NCBI RefSeq assembly: GCF_000803625.1
Contig: NZ_CP007496.1
Coordinates: 673,139-705,138, forward strand
DNA from: Candidatus Nanosynbacter lyticus
GTDB lineage: Bacteria; Patescibacteriota; Saccharimonadia; Saccharimonadales; Saccharimonadaceae
Reading direction: 5' to 3'
Length of the DNA stretch: 32,000 nucleotides
Numbering within the stretch: the stretch's first letter is position 1; every line of letters starts with the position of its first letter. The notes beneath the pieces were generated by a model. That model saw only the letters and a list, made by a program, of their open reading frames with translations. It did not search any database and had not been told where the DNA came from. The translations under genes were made by a program, and so were the position numbers. This document shows, one piece after another, positions 10,205 through 19,550 of this stretch.

Positions 10205-11050
10205 ATGAAAGGAATAATTTTAGCAGGTGGATCAGGGACGCGCCTTTGGCCAATTACTCAGGCGATCAGTAAACAACTAATGCCGATTTATGATAAGCCG
10301 ATGATTTATTATCCGCTTACTACACTCATGCAGGCAGGAATTCGCGATATTTTGATAATTACCACACCAGACGACCAGGCTGGCTTTCAACGACTCCTTG
10401 GCGACGGTTCACAGTGGGGTATCACCCTCGAATATGCCGTTCAACCTAGCCCAGACGGCCTAGCACAAGCCTTCATCATCGGTGAAGATTTCATTGGCGA
10501 CGACAAGGTGGCGTTAGTCCTGGGAGATAACATCTTCCACGGTGAGCGGCTGGATGAATCTCTACAGGGGTGTACTAATCCTGATGGTGGTATAGTTTTT
10601 GCCTACAAGGTTTCTGACCCAGAACGATACGGTGTTGTCGAGTTTGATGAACAAAATCAAGCTATTTCCATTGAAGAAAAACCAGCCAAGCCAAAATCAA
10701 ACTTTGCCGTTGTTGGTTTGTATTTTTATGACAATGACGTGGTCGAAATCGCCAAGAACGTCAAACCATCCGACCGCGGTGAGCTAGAGATTACCTCCAT
10801 CAATGCTAAATACTTGCGCCGCGGTAAACTGCGGGTCCAAGCCTTAGACAACGGTGACGTTTGGCTGGATACTGGAACGATTGACAGCCTGACCGATGCC
10901 TCTGACTTTGTTCGGGTTATCCAAAAACGAACCGGCCGCATCATTGGTAGTCCAGAAAAAATTGCCTTTAAAAATGGCTGGATTAATCGGGATCAGCTTA
11001 GCAAGCTCTCTGAGCCGCTGAAAAAATCTGGTTACGGTAAGTATTTATAA
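10205..11050 (+). CDS. rmlA: Glucose-1-phosphate thymidylyltransferase
   Basis: [46 protein letters not shown] nucleotidyltransferase signature; [17 protein letters not shown]; SD AAAGGAG. Confidence 0.96.
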   Translation: MKGIILAGGSGTRLWPITQAISKQLMPIYDKPMIYYPLTTLMQAGIRDILIITTPDDQAGFQRLLGDGSQWGITLEYAVQPSPDGLAQAFIIGEDFIGDDKVALVLGDNIFHGERLDESLQGCTNPDGGIVFAYKVSDPERYGVVEFDEQNQAISIEEKPAKPKSNFAVVGLYFYDNDVVEIAKNVKPSDRGELEITSINAKYLRRGKLRVQALDNGDVWLDTGTIDSLTDASDFVRVIQKRTGRIIGSPEKIAFKNGWINRDQLSKLSEPLKKSGYGKYL

Positions 11051-11057
11051 ATAGTGT

Positions 11058-11069
11058 TATACTATTAAC
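11058..11069 (+). promoter_or_regulatory. Extended -10 promoter, predicted leaderless
   Basis: TGTTATACT followed by 6 nt and ATG at 11070. Confidence 0.55.
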
Positions 11070-11774
11070 ATGAAGAGGGTTTGTGTTATTATTCCAGCTT
11101 ATAACGAGGCAGCTGTCATTGAAAGTGTAATTAAAAAAGCCAAGAAGGTTTTTTCAAAAGCCAAGAAAGATTATTTGATAGATATCGTACTTGTTAATGA
11201 CGGGTCGAAGGATAATACTCTTGATCAAGCGCAAAAAGGCGGCGCAATTGTCATTGATCATATCTTGAATTCCGGAGCTGGCGGTGCAACACTAACTGGA
11301 CTTGCCTACGCGCAGCAACGCGGCTATGATATTGCCGCCACCATGGATGCTGATGGTCAGCACGATCCAGAAGATGTCTTGGCGGGCATTCGACAGAGCG
11401 ACAAATCTAACACTGATTTACTTATCGGTAGCCGGCTCATCAATAGCGAAGGCATGTCTAGGACTAAGGTTTTGGGAAATAAAGGCTTAAGTTTCATCAC
11501 TTATGCTCTGTTTGGCATCAATGTCACTGATTCACAGTCCGGTCTGCGAGTTTACTCGCGAAAGGCAATTGATAACCTCGACTGGAAATCGACTGGCTAC
11601 GAATTTTGCTCAGAGATGATTTGGCGCGCCAAACAAGCAGGCATGGTTATTTCCGAATACCCAATTAAAGCAATTTACACCGACTATTCCCGTGCCAAAG
11701 GTCAAAACAACTGGAATGCCATCAATATTGTCAAACGACTATTTAAGCAACGCTTAACGGAGTTATTCGAATGA
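11070..11774 (+). CDS. GT2-family glycosyltransferase (dolichyl/polyprenyl-phosphate sugar synthase-like)
   Basis: VCVIIPAYNEAAVIESVIKKAKK, DIVLVNDGSKDNT, TMDADGQHDPEDV, SQSGLRVYSRKAI. Confidence 0.88.
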   Translation: MKRVCVIIPAYNEAAVIESVIKKAKKVFSKAKKDYLIDIVLVNDGSKDNTLDQAQKGGAIVIDHILNSGAGGATLTGLAYAQQRGYDIAATMDADGQHDPEDVLAGIRQSDKSNTDLLIGSRLINSEGMSRTKVLGNKGLSFITYALFGINVTDSQSGLRVYSRKAIDNLDWKSTGYEFCSEMIWRAKQAGMVISEYPIKAIYTDYSRAKGQNNWNAINIVKRLFKQRLTELFE

Positions 11775-12124
11775 GATACCTTGTCCTTGTATTACTTAAT
11801 GTGCCGATTATTTTAGCAGCATTGATCAATATCATCACTCAGTACAAACTGCGCAAAGTCAGCGTAGCACGCTTTCGTCATCAATTAATCATCTGGGTAG
11901 TTATCATGGTTGTCCTGATTGGGTCATTTCCTCTGTATAATATTTCGATTGGCCATCCGCCGCTGGATTCATCAGAGTTAAGCTTATTTGATATTTTGCA
12001 AACTACAGCGATTATTTTGCTATTCTACATCGCCAACAACCAGCGCCAGCGTATCGACCAAAACGAGCGAAGACTACGCGATTTACATCAAGAATTATCA
12101 ATTAGGCTGTCGGATGAAAAATAG
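11771..12124 (+). CDS. Small DUF2304-like membrane protein
   Basis: About 117 aa, N-terminal TM helices and C-terminal LYxIANNQRQRIDQNERRLRDLHQELSI; overlaps the upstream GT2 gene by 4 nt. A DUF2304-like protein beside a GT2 is a familiar pairing. Confidence 0.65.
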   Translation: MRYLVLVLLNVPIILAALINIITQYKLRKVSVARFRHQLIIWVVIMVVLIGSFPLYNISIGHPPLDSSELSLFDILQTTAIILLFYIANNQRQRIDQNERRLRDLHQELSIRLSDEK

Positions 12125-12929
12125 TATTGATATCATCGTACCTTACTGGGGTGAGTTTTCACTGCTGAAACAAACCGTCGATTCAGTGCTAGCACAAACC
12201 AGCAAAGCCTGGCATTTAACGATCCTCGACGATCATTATCCAGATAAGACCGCCTATGATTATTACAAAAAGTTAAATGATAAACGCATCACATATATCA
12301 GACATAGCAAAAATATTGGTATCACTGCCAACTTTAATTACGCTATTCAGCATGCAAGCGCACCGTATTGCATGATTGTTGGCTGCGACGACAAGCTATT
12401 GCCTAACTATGTTGCAACTATGCTAAAAAATATCGGTGAAGCAGATTTTTATCAGCCTCGCGTACAAATAATCGACGACAAAAGTAACGTATATCTACCG
12501 CTTGTCGATAAAGTGAAAAGAATATTGCAGCCTAAAAAATCCAGCATACTGTCTGGCGAAAAACTTGCCGCGTCGCTTTGCCACGGTAATTGGCTTTATT
12601 TTCCATCCATCACTTGGAAAACCGATACTCTCAAACGATATTCATTTGATACAAAGTATAAAATCCTTGAAGACGTCATCGTCGAATTAACCATGATTAT
12701 TGATGGCGCTTCGCTTTGTTTTGACACAACAGAAACTTTTCAATACCGCCGTTTTGCCGAGTCGTTATCTAGCAAGGAAAAAGGTAAAAATGGTGTCCGA
12801 TTCAAGGAAGAGAACGAAGTCTATGATAATTTTTCCGATAGGTTTAATGAGATTGGCTGGAAAAAAGCCGCACGAGCAGCAAAACTTCGCGTGACATCAC
12901 GCATCCACAGTTTCCTGTCGCGGTTTTAG
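12114..12929 (+). CDS. GT2-family glycosyltransferase
   Basis: MKNSIDIIVPYWGEFSLLKQTVDSVLAQTSKAWHLTILDDHYPD N-terminus of the GT-A fold; start ATG 12114 overlaps the DUF2304-like gene. Confidence 0.82.
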   Translation: MKNSIDIIVPYWGEFSLLKQTVDSVLAQTSKAWHLTILDDHYPDKTAYDYYKKLNDKRITYIRHSKNIGITANFNYAIQHASAPYCMIVGCDDKLLPNYVATMLKNIGEADFYQPRVQIIDDKSNVYLPLVDKVKRILQPKKSSILSGEKLAASLCHGNWLYFPSITWKTDTLKRYSFDTKYKILEDVIVELTMIIDGASLCFDTTETFQYRRFAESLSSKEKGKNGVRFKEENEVYDNFSDRFNEIGWKKAARAAKLRVTSRIHSFLSRF

Positions 12930-12945
12930 CGCTTATCCTATCACT

Positions 12946-13929
12946 CTATTTTGTCTTTGCAAACTTACGATTAACCGCCCACGTATACAGATTGACGATT
13001 ATCGATTGCGGCAATAGGTCATACAGTCGCCAGTTTATGTCTTTCTTCGCCACTGGCATTTTAGCGTTTTTCCAGGGCGTTAGTTTCAAATATTTACGCC
13101 ACAAAAAACCAACTGGATTATCGTTACCCCGCTGCCATGGCCGACCGTTCACACCAAACTGCGAATGAATGATCTTCGGCGTGTAGTAACTCTCCATGAT
13201 TTCATCATAACTGTAAAAGCTTTCAGGCAAGAAACCGTTGGCTTTAATGTATTTTTTAATATCATAGCCATAGAAAACAGTCGAGAAATTATATTCCACA
13301 CCAACTTTCTTGATCTTACCTTTGAAAAACACGTTGCACAAATCTTGGTCAGCCACCTCGTAGCTATTGTGCCGCAAATGCTCGCGCATCTTGGCATCAA
13401 TCTTATCTTTCATCCATTTTTTGTGATTGATAAGCATAATTCCACAGTTAAAGTAGCCGTCGGTTGGTTTCAAACCAATGACATCTTTGTGCGCGTTCAC
13501 CATGGTAGCGTCGTACGACAGAGCCATCACATTACCCTCGAAATCAAGCTCCAGAAGACCATCAAGCGCACCACTAATCACCGTGTGCGGGTTAATGTAC
13601 AAAATTCGGTCCGTTTTAATATCAAGCTTAGCAAACGCCAACATCTTATACCACGTGATATACAGCCCCTTCCAAGCCTTAACGCCGATCTCTTTCAGTT
13701 CATCATGGTAGCTTGAGACATCAACAAACGTAATTGTGGCATTCTGGTAGTTACCAACCATTTTGTTGAATTTATTGATACTATCTTTTTCCAGCTGGTG
13801 TCCGAGGTAAAAAATATTAATCTCTTTCAAATGTTTATTGTTCTCCAAAAGCGATACAATAGAAATTGCACTGACTACGGCATAGTTGTCATCACTTTGA
13901 TATATAACATTTATAATTCCTTTATTCAT
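12946..13929 (-). CDS. GT8-like glycosyltransferase with altered DXD motif
   Basis: INVIYQSDDNYAVVSAISIVSLLENN, KTDRILYINPHTVISGALDGL, DGYFNCGIMLINHKKW, IHSQFGVNGRPWQ match the GT8 layout; the expected DXD reads NPH. Confidence 0.75.
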   Translation of the reverse strand: MNKGIINVIYQSDDNYAVVSAISIVSLLENNKHLKEINIFYLGHQLEKDSINKFNKMVGNYQNATITFVDVSSYHDELKEIGVKAWKGLYITWYKMLAFAKLDIKTDRILYINPHTVISGALDGLLELDFEGNVMALSYDATMVNAHKDVIGLKPTDGYFNCGIMLINHKKWMKDKIDAKMREHLRHNSYEVADQDLCNVFFKGKIKKVGVEYNFSTVFYGYDIKKYIKANGFLPESFYSYDEIMESYYTPKIIHSQFGVNGRPWQRGNDNPVGFLWRKYLKLTPWKNAKMPVAKKDINWRLYDLLPQSIIVNLYTWAVNRKFAKTK

Positions 13930-13940
13930 GACTGTAATTC

Positions 13941-14798
13941 CTATCCACTAACCGGCAGTTGTTTAATGTAATCTTTCAGCATGTCCGTGTAGTCTCTTGG
14001 CGTGAAACCTGCTCGACGCAACTTCGACAAGTCCATATCACTATTGAGTGGTCGTGGCGCAAAGCCTGGTTTGCTGGCAGCGTATTCCTCGGTAGAAATT
14101 GGTTGCACACGATTGCGGTCATGTCCGGCGTATTCGAACACATCGGCAGCAATTTCATACCATGATTTAACTGGACCTTCGTTAGTGACATTGTATAGTC
14201 CGTATGCTACGTTATTATCTAAGAAATATTTAGTAGCTCGAGCAATCTCTGACGCAAACGTCAGCCGACCAAACTGATCATTAACTACTTTTGGATTGAT
14301 GCGCATATCCGCCAATTTTTTCATAGTTTTTGGCATATTGTGACCGTCACCAACGACCCAAGATACCCGCATAATGTAGTGTTTTGGCACTAAGCTAACC
14401 ACCAAATCACCCGCCGCCTTACTTTCTCCATAAACCAAAAGAGGCGCAACCACTTCATCATCTTGATGGTTTTTCTCCCGACCGTCCCAGACATAATCTG
14501 ATGAATAGTGGACAAGGGTCTTATTCTGCTCAATAGCAATCTTAGCTAGGTTGCGTGGACCATAAGCATTCGCCAACCACGTCTTAGCACGCAGGTCGTC
14601 TGTCTCAGAACCATCAGCGTTAACCAAGGCTGCCGCATTTATGATAACGTCGTATTTCGACCAATCAAACGCGTCTATTTGCGCTTCATCGGATATATCT
14701 AATTCTTCTCGTGATAACGCCTTGGCGTCTGGAAACATAACACACAGCGCCCTACCCAGTTGTCCACTTGCTCCCACAATTACATACTTCTTACTCAT
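13941..14798 (-). CDS. dTDP-4-dehydrorhamnose reductase paralog (RmlD-like)
   Basis: YVIVGASGQLGRAL, VNADGSE, HYSSDYVWDGR, YGESKAAGD, FAPRPLNSDMDLSKL; aligns end to end with the 9349..10194 product. Confidence 0.85.
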   Translation of the reverse strand: MSKKYVIVGASGQLGRALCVMFPDAKALSREELDISDEAQIDAFDWSKYDVIINAAALVNADGSETDDLRAKTWLANAYGPRNLAKIAIEQNKTLVHYSSDYVWDGREKNHQDDEVVAPLLVYGESKAAGDLVVSLVPKHYIMRVSWVVGDGHNMPKTMKKLADMRINPKVVNDQFGRLTFASEIARATKYFLDNNVAYGLYNVTNEGPVKSWYEIAADVFEYAGHDRNRVQPISTEEYAASKPGFAPRPLNSDMDLSKLRRAGFTPRDYTDMLKDYIKQLPVSG

Positions 14799-16051
14799 AA
14801 CTCCCCTTTTCTCTTGTCAATTATTATAGCATCTTTTAGTGACCGCTTGTAGATAACCAACAGAAGTGCTAGTTGCAAAAAGCTGATCAGCATAAAAACT
14901 AACACACTACCCAACATCGCCAACTGCTCAATCAGGCATATAGACATCACTACCGCCAAAACATCTGTGAGTAGCAATGTATAAAACTGCCCCTTAAACC
15001 GACGCATAATTATCAGCAAATTAACATAAATCGACACAAAAGCGTTCGCCGCCGCGCCAATCACCATAATAGTCAAATCAAGGCGGAAATTATTGATATT
15101 GATGCCAAAAATAACGTTAAGCATCCAAACACCAATCAAATAGCTCAGGACAACTGAAAGTACGCCCATCCCAAAAGTTATTTGATTAATCTTACCAACA
15201 ATTCGCGCGAACTCCTTCAATTTTCCTTTTGCTAATAACTCAGACAAATTCACGACATTCGGCTGAATGATAAACGATATGAAGAGTCCAAGGAGCGTAA
15301 TTGGCATCGCCATAATGCCAAAATAGCCAATTTGGTCAGGATGGGACTTGTCCAAAAAATACCGCGGGATATTGAGTGAAAACATCGTCAAAAACATCAC
15401 AACGAACACCACTGAAGTGTGTTTCATGATGACAACAGCCTGGGTGATATACTCTTTGCATAATTTTTTACTTATACTGATAGTTTCAACGCGCCGCACC
15501 CAAAGTATATCGTAGAGGAATATAATCAGCATATTAATCAATAATATTGCCAACGTGCCGTATATGACATTTTTAGTGACAATGTCAACCGCCATGAACG
15601 CCGCAAAACCAAGCATCGCTTTCATAGTTAATGATATGCCAGCGATATATAGCTTATGATGAATTTGCAGGACACCGTATAGCGAGTCGGCGATTGATTC
15701 TAGTATCTTAAAGGTTACCAAAATCATGATCAGACCTGTCTTTGTAGTGTTATATCCGTTAAGGAAGCAAAATGCTACCGCGGAAATCGCCACAATGAGT
15801 GATGCGACGAAGCGTACAGCAACATAGCCGCCACTCGAAAATTCCCGCTTAATATCAGATACTTGATAGGTCCGACCACCCCATAAAGAAACCGCCCAAA
15901 ACACCACCGAAAGCGACAGCGCAAACGAAAATAACCCAGAATCCTCGATGCCATTCAACCGCGTAATAACAATCAATAATACTGGTGAAATTGCACTCTG
16001 TAACAATGAACCTAACGAGTTCCAGATGTAGTCCTTTTTCTGCGATTGCAT
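14795..16051 (-). CDS. Polysaccharide flippase (Wzx/MATE-like) membrane protein
   Basis: 418 aa, about 12 predicted TM segments, N-terminus IWNSLGSLLQSAISPVLLIVITRLNGIEDSGLFSFALSLSVVFWAVS; embedded in the polysaccharide locus. Confidence 0.8.
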   Translation of the reverse strand: MQSQKKDYIWNSLGSLLQSAISPVLLIVITRLNGIEDSGLFSFALSLSVVFWAVSLWGGRTYQVSDIKREFSSGGYVAVRFVASLIVAISAVAFCFLNGYNTTKTGLIMILVTFKILESIADSLYGVLQIHHKLYIAGISLTMKAMLGFAAFMAVDIVTKNVIYGTLAILLINMLIIFLYDILWVRRVETISISKKLCKEYITQAVVIMKHTSVVFVVMFLTMFSLNIPRYFLDKSHPDQIGYFGIMAMPITLLGLFISFIIQPNVVNLSELLAKGKLKEFARIVGKINQITFGMGVLSVVLSYLIGVWMLNVIFGININNFRLDLTIMVIGAAANAFVSIYVNLLIIMRRFKGQFYTLLLTDVLAVVMSICLIEQLAMLGSVLVFMLISFLQLALLLVIYKRSLKDAIIIDKRKGEL

Positions 16052-16063
16052 ATCATTAGTATA
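16052..16063 (-). promoter_or_regulatory. Extended -10 promoter for the flippase operon, predicted leaderless
   Basis: Minus strand TGCTATACT followed by 6 nt and ATG at 16051. Confidence 0.6.
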
Positions 16064-16109
16064 GCAAGTTTGCTCAATAAACTACTCTACTTTATAATTT
16101 GCTTAGTAT

Positions 16110-17498
16110 ATGAAAAAATATTGGTCTTTATTCTTATCTTTTATTAAAAAGCCTGAAAATGTCTTTATATCTTTGTCATTGTTTTTTGGAGTGTTGTCGG
16201 CAGCCACCGTACCTCTGCTATCAATCAATGACGAAGGTGTACATTATATGCGGGCCTATGGGCTATCCCAAGGAAAAATTGAATCAGGAGTTGCCTGTAC
16301 TTTACCTAAAGAAGTGGTATTAAAAGCAAAAGAAGCAGATGTAAATAATTTCGTAACTAGCTATAAGAAAACTATAAATCGTAGCGATACAGAGACAGGG
16401 AAATGCAGTAGCGCAACTGGCTATCCTCCAATTATGCATCTACCGCAGACAATTGGTATCATTTTGGCAAATCTCGTACACGGTTCACTTGGGATAACTA
16501 TTATATTCGGAAGATTAGCCAACCTAATATTTTATTCATTTGCTCTTTATTTCATCATAAAATGGGTACGCGTTGGCAAATGGGCATTCGTAGCAACCGG
16601 CCTATTTCCGCTAATGATACATTTGGCAGCGTCTCTTTCCGGAGATAGTGTGACAAATATCGCAATTTTTACCGCTATTGCTGCTACATTAAATTTCTTT
16701 AGTCAAAAAAGCCCGTTAACTCGACAACAGCAGTTGCTTATTATTGCTGTAGCCTGCTTGTTAATTCTCACAAAGTCGGTAACAATACTCTTATTATCAC
16801 CAGTCATTTTCTTGCCAAAGCGCCTCTTTGTTCCAGATAAAAAATCAAAAATATCTTTTATTCCGCAAAAATGGTTGGTTCTCTCAGCAGCAGCAATATT
16901 AGCAGGCCTTTGTTTAATAGCGTGGCTTCATGTATACACACAACCCCTACTCACCACTGGCGCACCGCATAATCCGCTTCATAGCAATCCGCTCAAATTT
17001 ATCCAGATATTATTTAATACTTACCTAAACCCAAACCTGCCCGTATCCGACGATATCCTGAGGGGCGTGATTGGCGCATTCTCTGCTTTTAAATACGGGC
17101 TGCCACTTTTTATATTACTACCATCATTTTCCCTCCTCTTCCTCTCTCTCCTTCATTACAACAAGAAAGACCAGGAGTTATTAGGAGAGCAGACTGGTAA
17201 ATTGGCAGTGTATAATTTGGCGACAATTGGGTTGTTTGTTTGTGCAGTGTCGTATGCTATGTATACAGCGTGGGCCTTATTGCCATTTAGGTTTGGCGAG
17301 GGAGCGTATTATGCGGATGGTGTTCAGGGTAGATATTTTACAGCAACAGCAGCTATGTTGGTGCCGGTAGGATTGTGGCTGCAGAAGTATATTAATGTGA
17401 GAACTAAGAATGACAAGGTATTTAACCTTATTATGTTCTTTGGGCTAGCTTTAGTGCTTGGGTTTTATGTTTTTGAGACGGTGTGGAAATTTAAGTAG
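16110..17498 (+). CDS. DUF2142-like multi-pass membrane protein, copy 1
   Basis: 462 aa; LSINDEGVHYMRAYGLSQG resembles the DUF2142 family start region; multiple TM helices; paralogous to 17538..18926. Confidence 0.7.
   Translation: MKKYWSLFLSFIKKPENVFISLSLFFGVLSAATVPLLSINDEGVHYMRAYGLSQGKIESGVACTLPKEVVLKAKEADVNNFVTSYKKTINRSDTETGKCSSATGYPPIMHLPQTIGIILANLVHGSLGITIIFGRLANLIFYSFALYFIIKWVRVGKWAFVATGLFPLMIHLAASLSGDSVTNIAIFTAIAATLNFFSQKSPLTRQQQLLIIAVACLLILTKSVTILLLSPVIFLPKRLFVPDKKSKISFIPQKWLVLSAAAILAGLCLIAWLHVYTQPLLTTGAPHNPLHSNPLKFIQILFNTYLNPNLPVSDDILRGVIGAFSAFKYGLPLFILLPSFSLLFLSLLHYNKKDQELLGEQTGKLAVYNLATIGLFVCAVSYAMYTAWALLPFRFGEGAYYADGVQGRYFTATAAMLVPVGLWLQKYINVRTKNDKVFNLIMFFGLALVLGFYVFETVWKFK
17127..17487 (+). 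repeat. Copy 1 of a 361-bp exact direct repeat (3-prime ends of tandem paralogs)
   Basis: Compared with 18555..18915 by eye; no mismatch found; offset 1428 bp. Confidence 0.9.
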
Positions 17499-17537
17499 CT
17501 ATCCTAATCATGACAATGTGCTAGAATAAAAACAGTT

Positions 17538-18926
17538 ATGAAAAAATATTGGTCTTTATTCTTATATTTTATTAAAAAGCCTGAAAATGTCTTTATATCT
17601 TTGTCATTGTTCTTTGGAGTATTGTCGGCAATACTAGTCCCTCAGTTATCTGTAAGCGATGAAAATATGCATTACCTGCGAGCTTACGGAATATCTCAAG
17701 GCCGCGTAGAATCTGGATCACATTGTACGCTTCCAAAAGATGTTGCTAAAAGAGCTGGGTCGGTTTACGAAGGTAATTTTTCTGCAGACTACTCTAAGCC
17801 TATAGACCGCAATACATTAGATGTTGATAAATGTAGTAGTGCATCTGGCTATCCGCCAATTATGCACCTGCCGCAAGCAATCGGCATTAATATAGCAAAT
17901 CTATTTGGAGGATCTACTGGGTTAACTATTCTGTTTGGACGAATTGCTAATATAATTTTTTATTCAGTAGCCGTCTTTTTCGTCATAAAATGGGTACGCG
18001 TTGGCAAATGGGCATTTACGGCAATTGGGCTTATCCCTCTTATGGTTCATATGGCCGCTTCACTATCAAGCGACTGCATGACAAATGTGGCAGTCTTTAC
18101 AATTACTGCTTTTACCTTGAACCTATTCACCCAAAAGGACAAGTTATCACATAAACAAACAGTCGCTCTTATCTGTATAGGAGTATTCCTTACTCTAACC
18201 AAATCTGTAAATGCCTTACTACTATTTCCTCTTCTGTTTTTACCAAAGCGTCTATTCTCACCCAACAAAAACGAACGTCTGCCATTTAATATTCAGAAGT
18301 GGGCTATATTAACAGTAACTGGTGTTGCCGCGATTATTAGCATACTAATTTGGCAGAAAATATTTGGACAGCCGTTACTTACGTTAGGCGCAGCGCACAA
18401 TCCGCTCCACAGTAATCCATTAAAGTTTATTGCCATACTGTTTAACACCTACATTAGCCCAACTATCGGATACACGGATGTTGTATTACGTGGTAGCGTT
18501 GGTGATTTTTCATCCTTTAAATACCACCTGCCTTTGTTTGTGTTGATACCGCTCTTTTCCCTCCTCTTCCTCTCTCTCCTTCATTACAACAAGAAAGACC
18601 AGGAGTTATTAGGAGAGCAGACTGGTAAATTGGCAGTGTATAATTTGGCGACAATTGGGTTGTTTGTTTGTGCAGTGTCGTATGCTATGTATACAGCGTG
18701 GGCCTTATTGCCATTTAGGTTTGGCGAGGGAGCGTATTATGCGGATGGTGTTCAGGGTAGATATTTTACAGCAACAGCAGCTATGTTGGTGCCGGTAGGA
18801 TTGTGGCTGCAGAAGTATATTAATGTGAGAACTAAGAATGACAAGGTATTTAACCTTATTATGTTCTTTGGGCTAGCTTTAGTGCTTGGGTTTTATGTTT
18901 TTGAGACGGTGTGGACTTATAAATAA
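17538..18926 (+). CDS. DUF2142-like multi-pass membrane protein, copy 2
   Basis: 462 aa, same length as copy 1; LSVSDENMHYLRAYGISQG; near-identical first ~95 nt and identical 3-prime tract. Confidence 0.7.
   Translation: MKKYWSLFLYFIKKPENVFISLSLFFGVLSAILVPQLSVSDENMHYLRAYGISQGRVESGSHCTLPKDVAKRAGSVYEGNFSADYSKPIDRNTLDVDKCSSASGYPPIMHLPQAIGINIANLFGGSTGLTILFGRIANIIFYSVAVFFVIKWVRVGKWAFTAIGLIPLMVHMAASLSSDCMTNVAVFTITAFTLNLFTQKDKLSHKQTVALICIGVFLTLTKSVNALLLFPLLFLPKRLFSPNKNERLPFNIQKWAILTVTGVAAIISILIWQKIFGQPLLTLGAAHNPLHSNPLKFIAILFNTYISPTIGYTDVVLRGSVGDFSSFKYHLPLFVLIPLFSLLFLSLLHYNKKDQELLGEQTGKLAVYNLATIGLFVCAVSYAMYTAWALLPFRFGEGAYYADGVQGRYFTATAAMLVPVGLWLQKYINVRTKNDKVFNLIMFFGLALVLGFYVFETVWTYK
18555..18915 (+). 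repeat. Copy 2 of the 361-bp exact direct repeat
   Basis: Matches 17127..17487. Confidence 0.9.
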
Positions 18927-18983
18927 ATCTTTTTTCATATTACTCTTGTTGCTTATGCTTATTTATGTTAAAATATCATAAAT

Positions 18984-19550
18984 ATGAGAATCGCAAAGAA
19001 AAAACTTTCAAAAAAACATATATTATTTACTTCTGCGGTATTTGTCGTCATAGCCTGCTTATCTGTTTTTGCACTTGATAAGCTTGGTGTTATATCAATT
19101 TTATCAAAAGACACCATATTAAATATTTCCAAAGAACCAACTCAACAAGAGAAAAAATCTGAAGAAAAAACTAATCAGGATACCAAGGACTCTTTTTTGG
19201 ATAATAGTAAAGACGACAAGAAAAAGTCTGTTGAAAAAAGTAAACCAGCACCCGTTCCAGTAAATAATTCTTCGATAGAATTATCTGCAAATAAAGATGG
19301 TAGCAATGTTACGATTATTGCAAAACTAAAAGAACAGGGATATTCACAAGGTAAATGTCTACTAATAATAACCGTAAATGGAAAGAAATATTCTCAAGAG
19401 GCAGAAATTATATATCAACCAGAATACTCAACCTGCGCTGGATTTTCAGTTCCTGTCTCATCTGTTGGCAATGGCAGCTGGGACATCTCTCTTTCCGTAA
19501 CACCCATCAATGGCAAGTCTATAAATAAAAAGATGATAAAGGATATATGA
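18984..19550 (+). CDS. Small membrane-anchored/secreted protein with Lys/Glu-rich linker and a beta-rich C-terminal domain
   Basis: N-terminal TM/signal segment, K/E/Q-rich low-complexity linker, then VTIIAKLKEQGYSQGKCLLIITVNGKKYS...; ATGA overlap with the downstream gene. Confidence 0.6.
   Translation: MRIAKKKLSKKHILFTSAVFVVIACLSVFALDKLGVISILSKDTILNISKEPTQQEKKSEEKTNQDTKDSFLDNSKDDKKKSVEKSKPAPVPVNNSSIELSANKDGSNVTIIAKLKEQGYSQGKCLLIITVNGKKYSQEAEIIYQPEYSTCAGFSVPVSSVGNGSWDISLSVTPINGKSINKKMIKDI

Noticed and set aside
11988-12113. N-terminal extension of the GT2 ORF starting at 11988
   Set aside because: The extension is out of frame with and overlaps the DUF2304-like gene; the canonical GT2 N-terminus starts at ATG 12114.
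13165-13716. 183-aa plus-strand ORF opposite the GT8-like gene
   Set aside because: Fully antisense to a well-supported GT8-like gene, no recognisable motifs; a typical shadow ORF.
16110-18926. Insertion sequence or composite transposon explaining the duplicated ends
   Set aside because: No transposase, terminal inverted repeats or target-site duplications seen; both repeats lie inside paralogous coding sequences in the same orientation.
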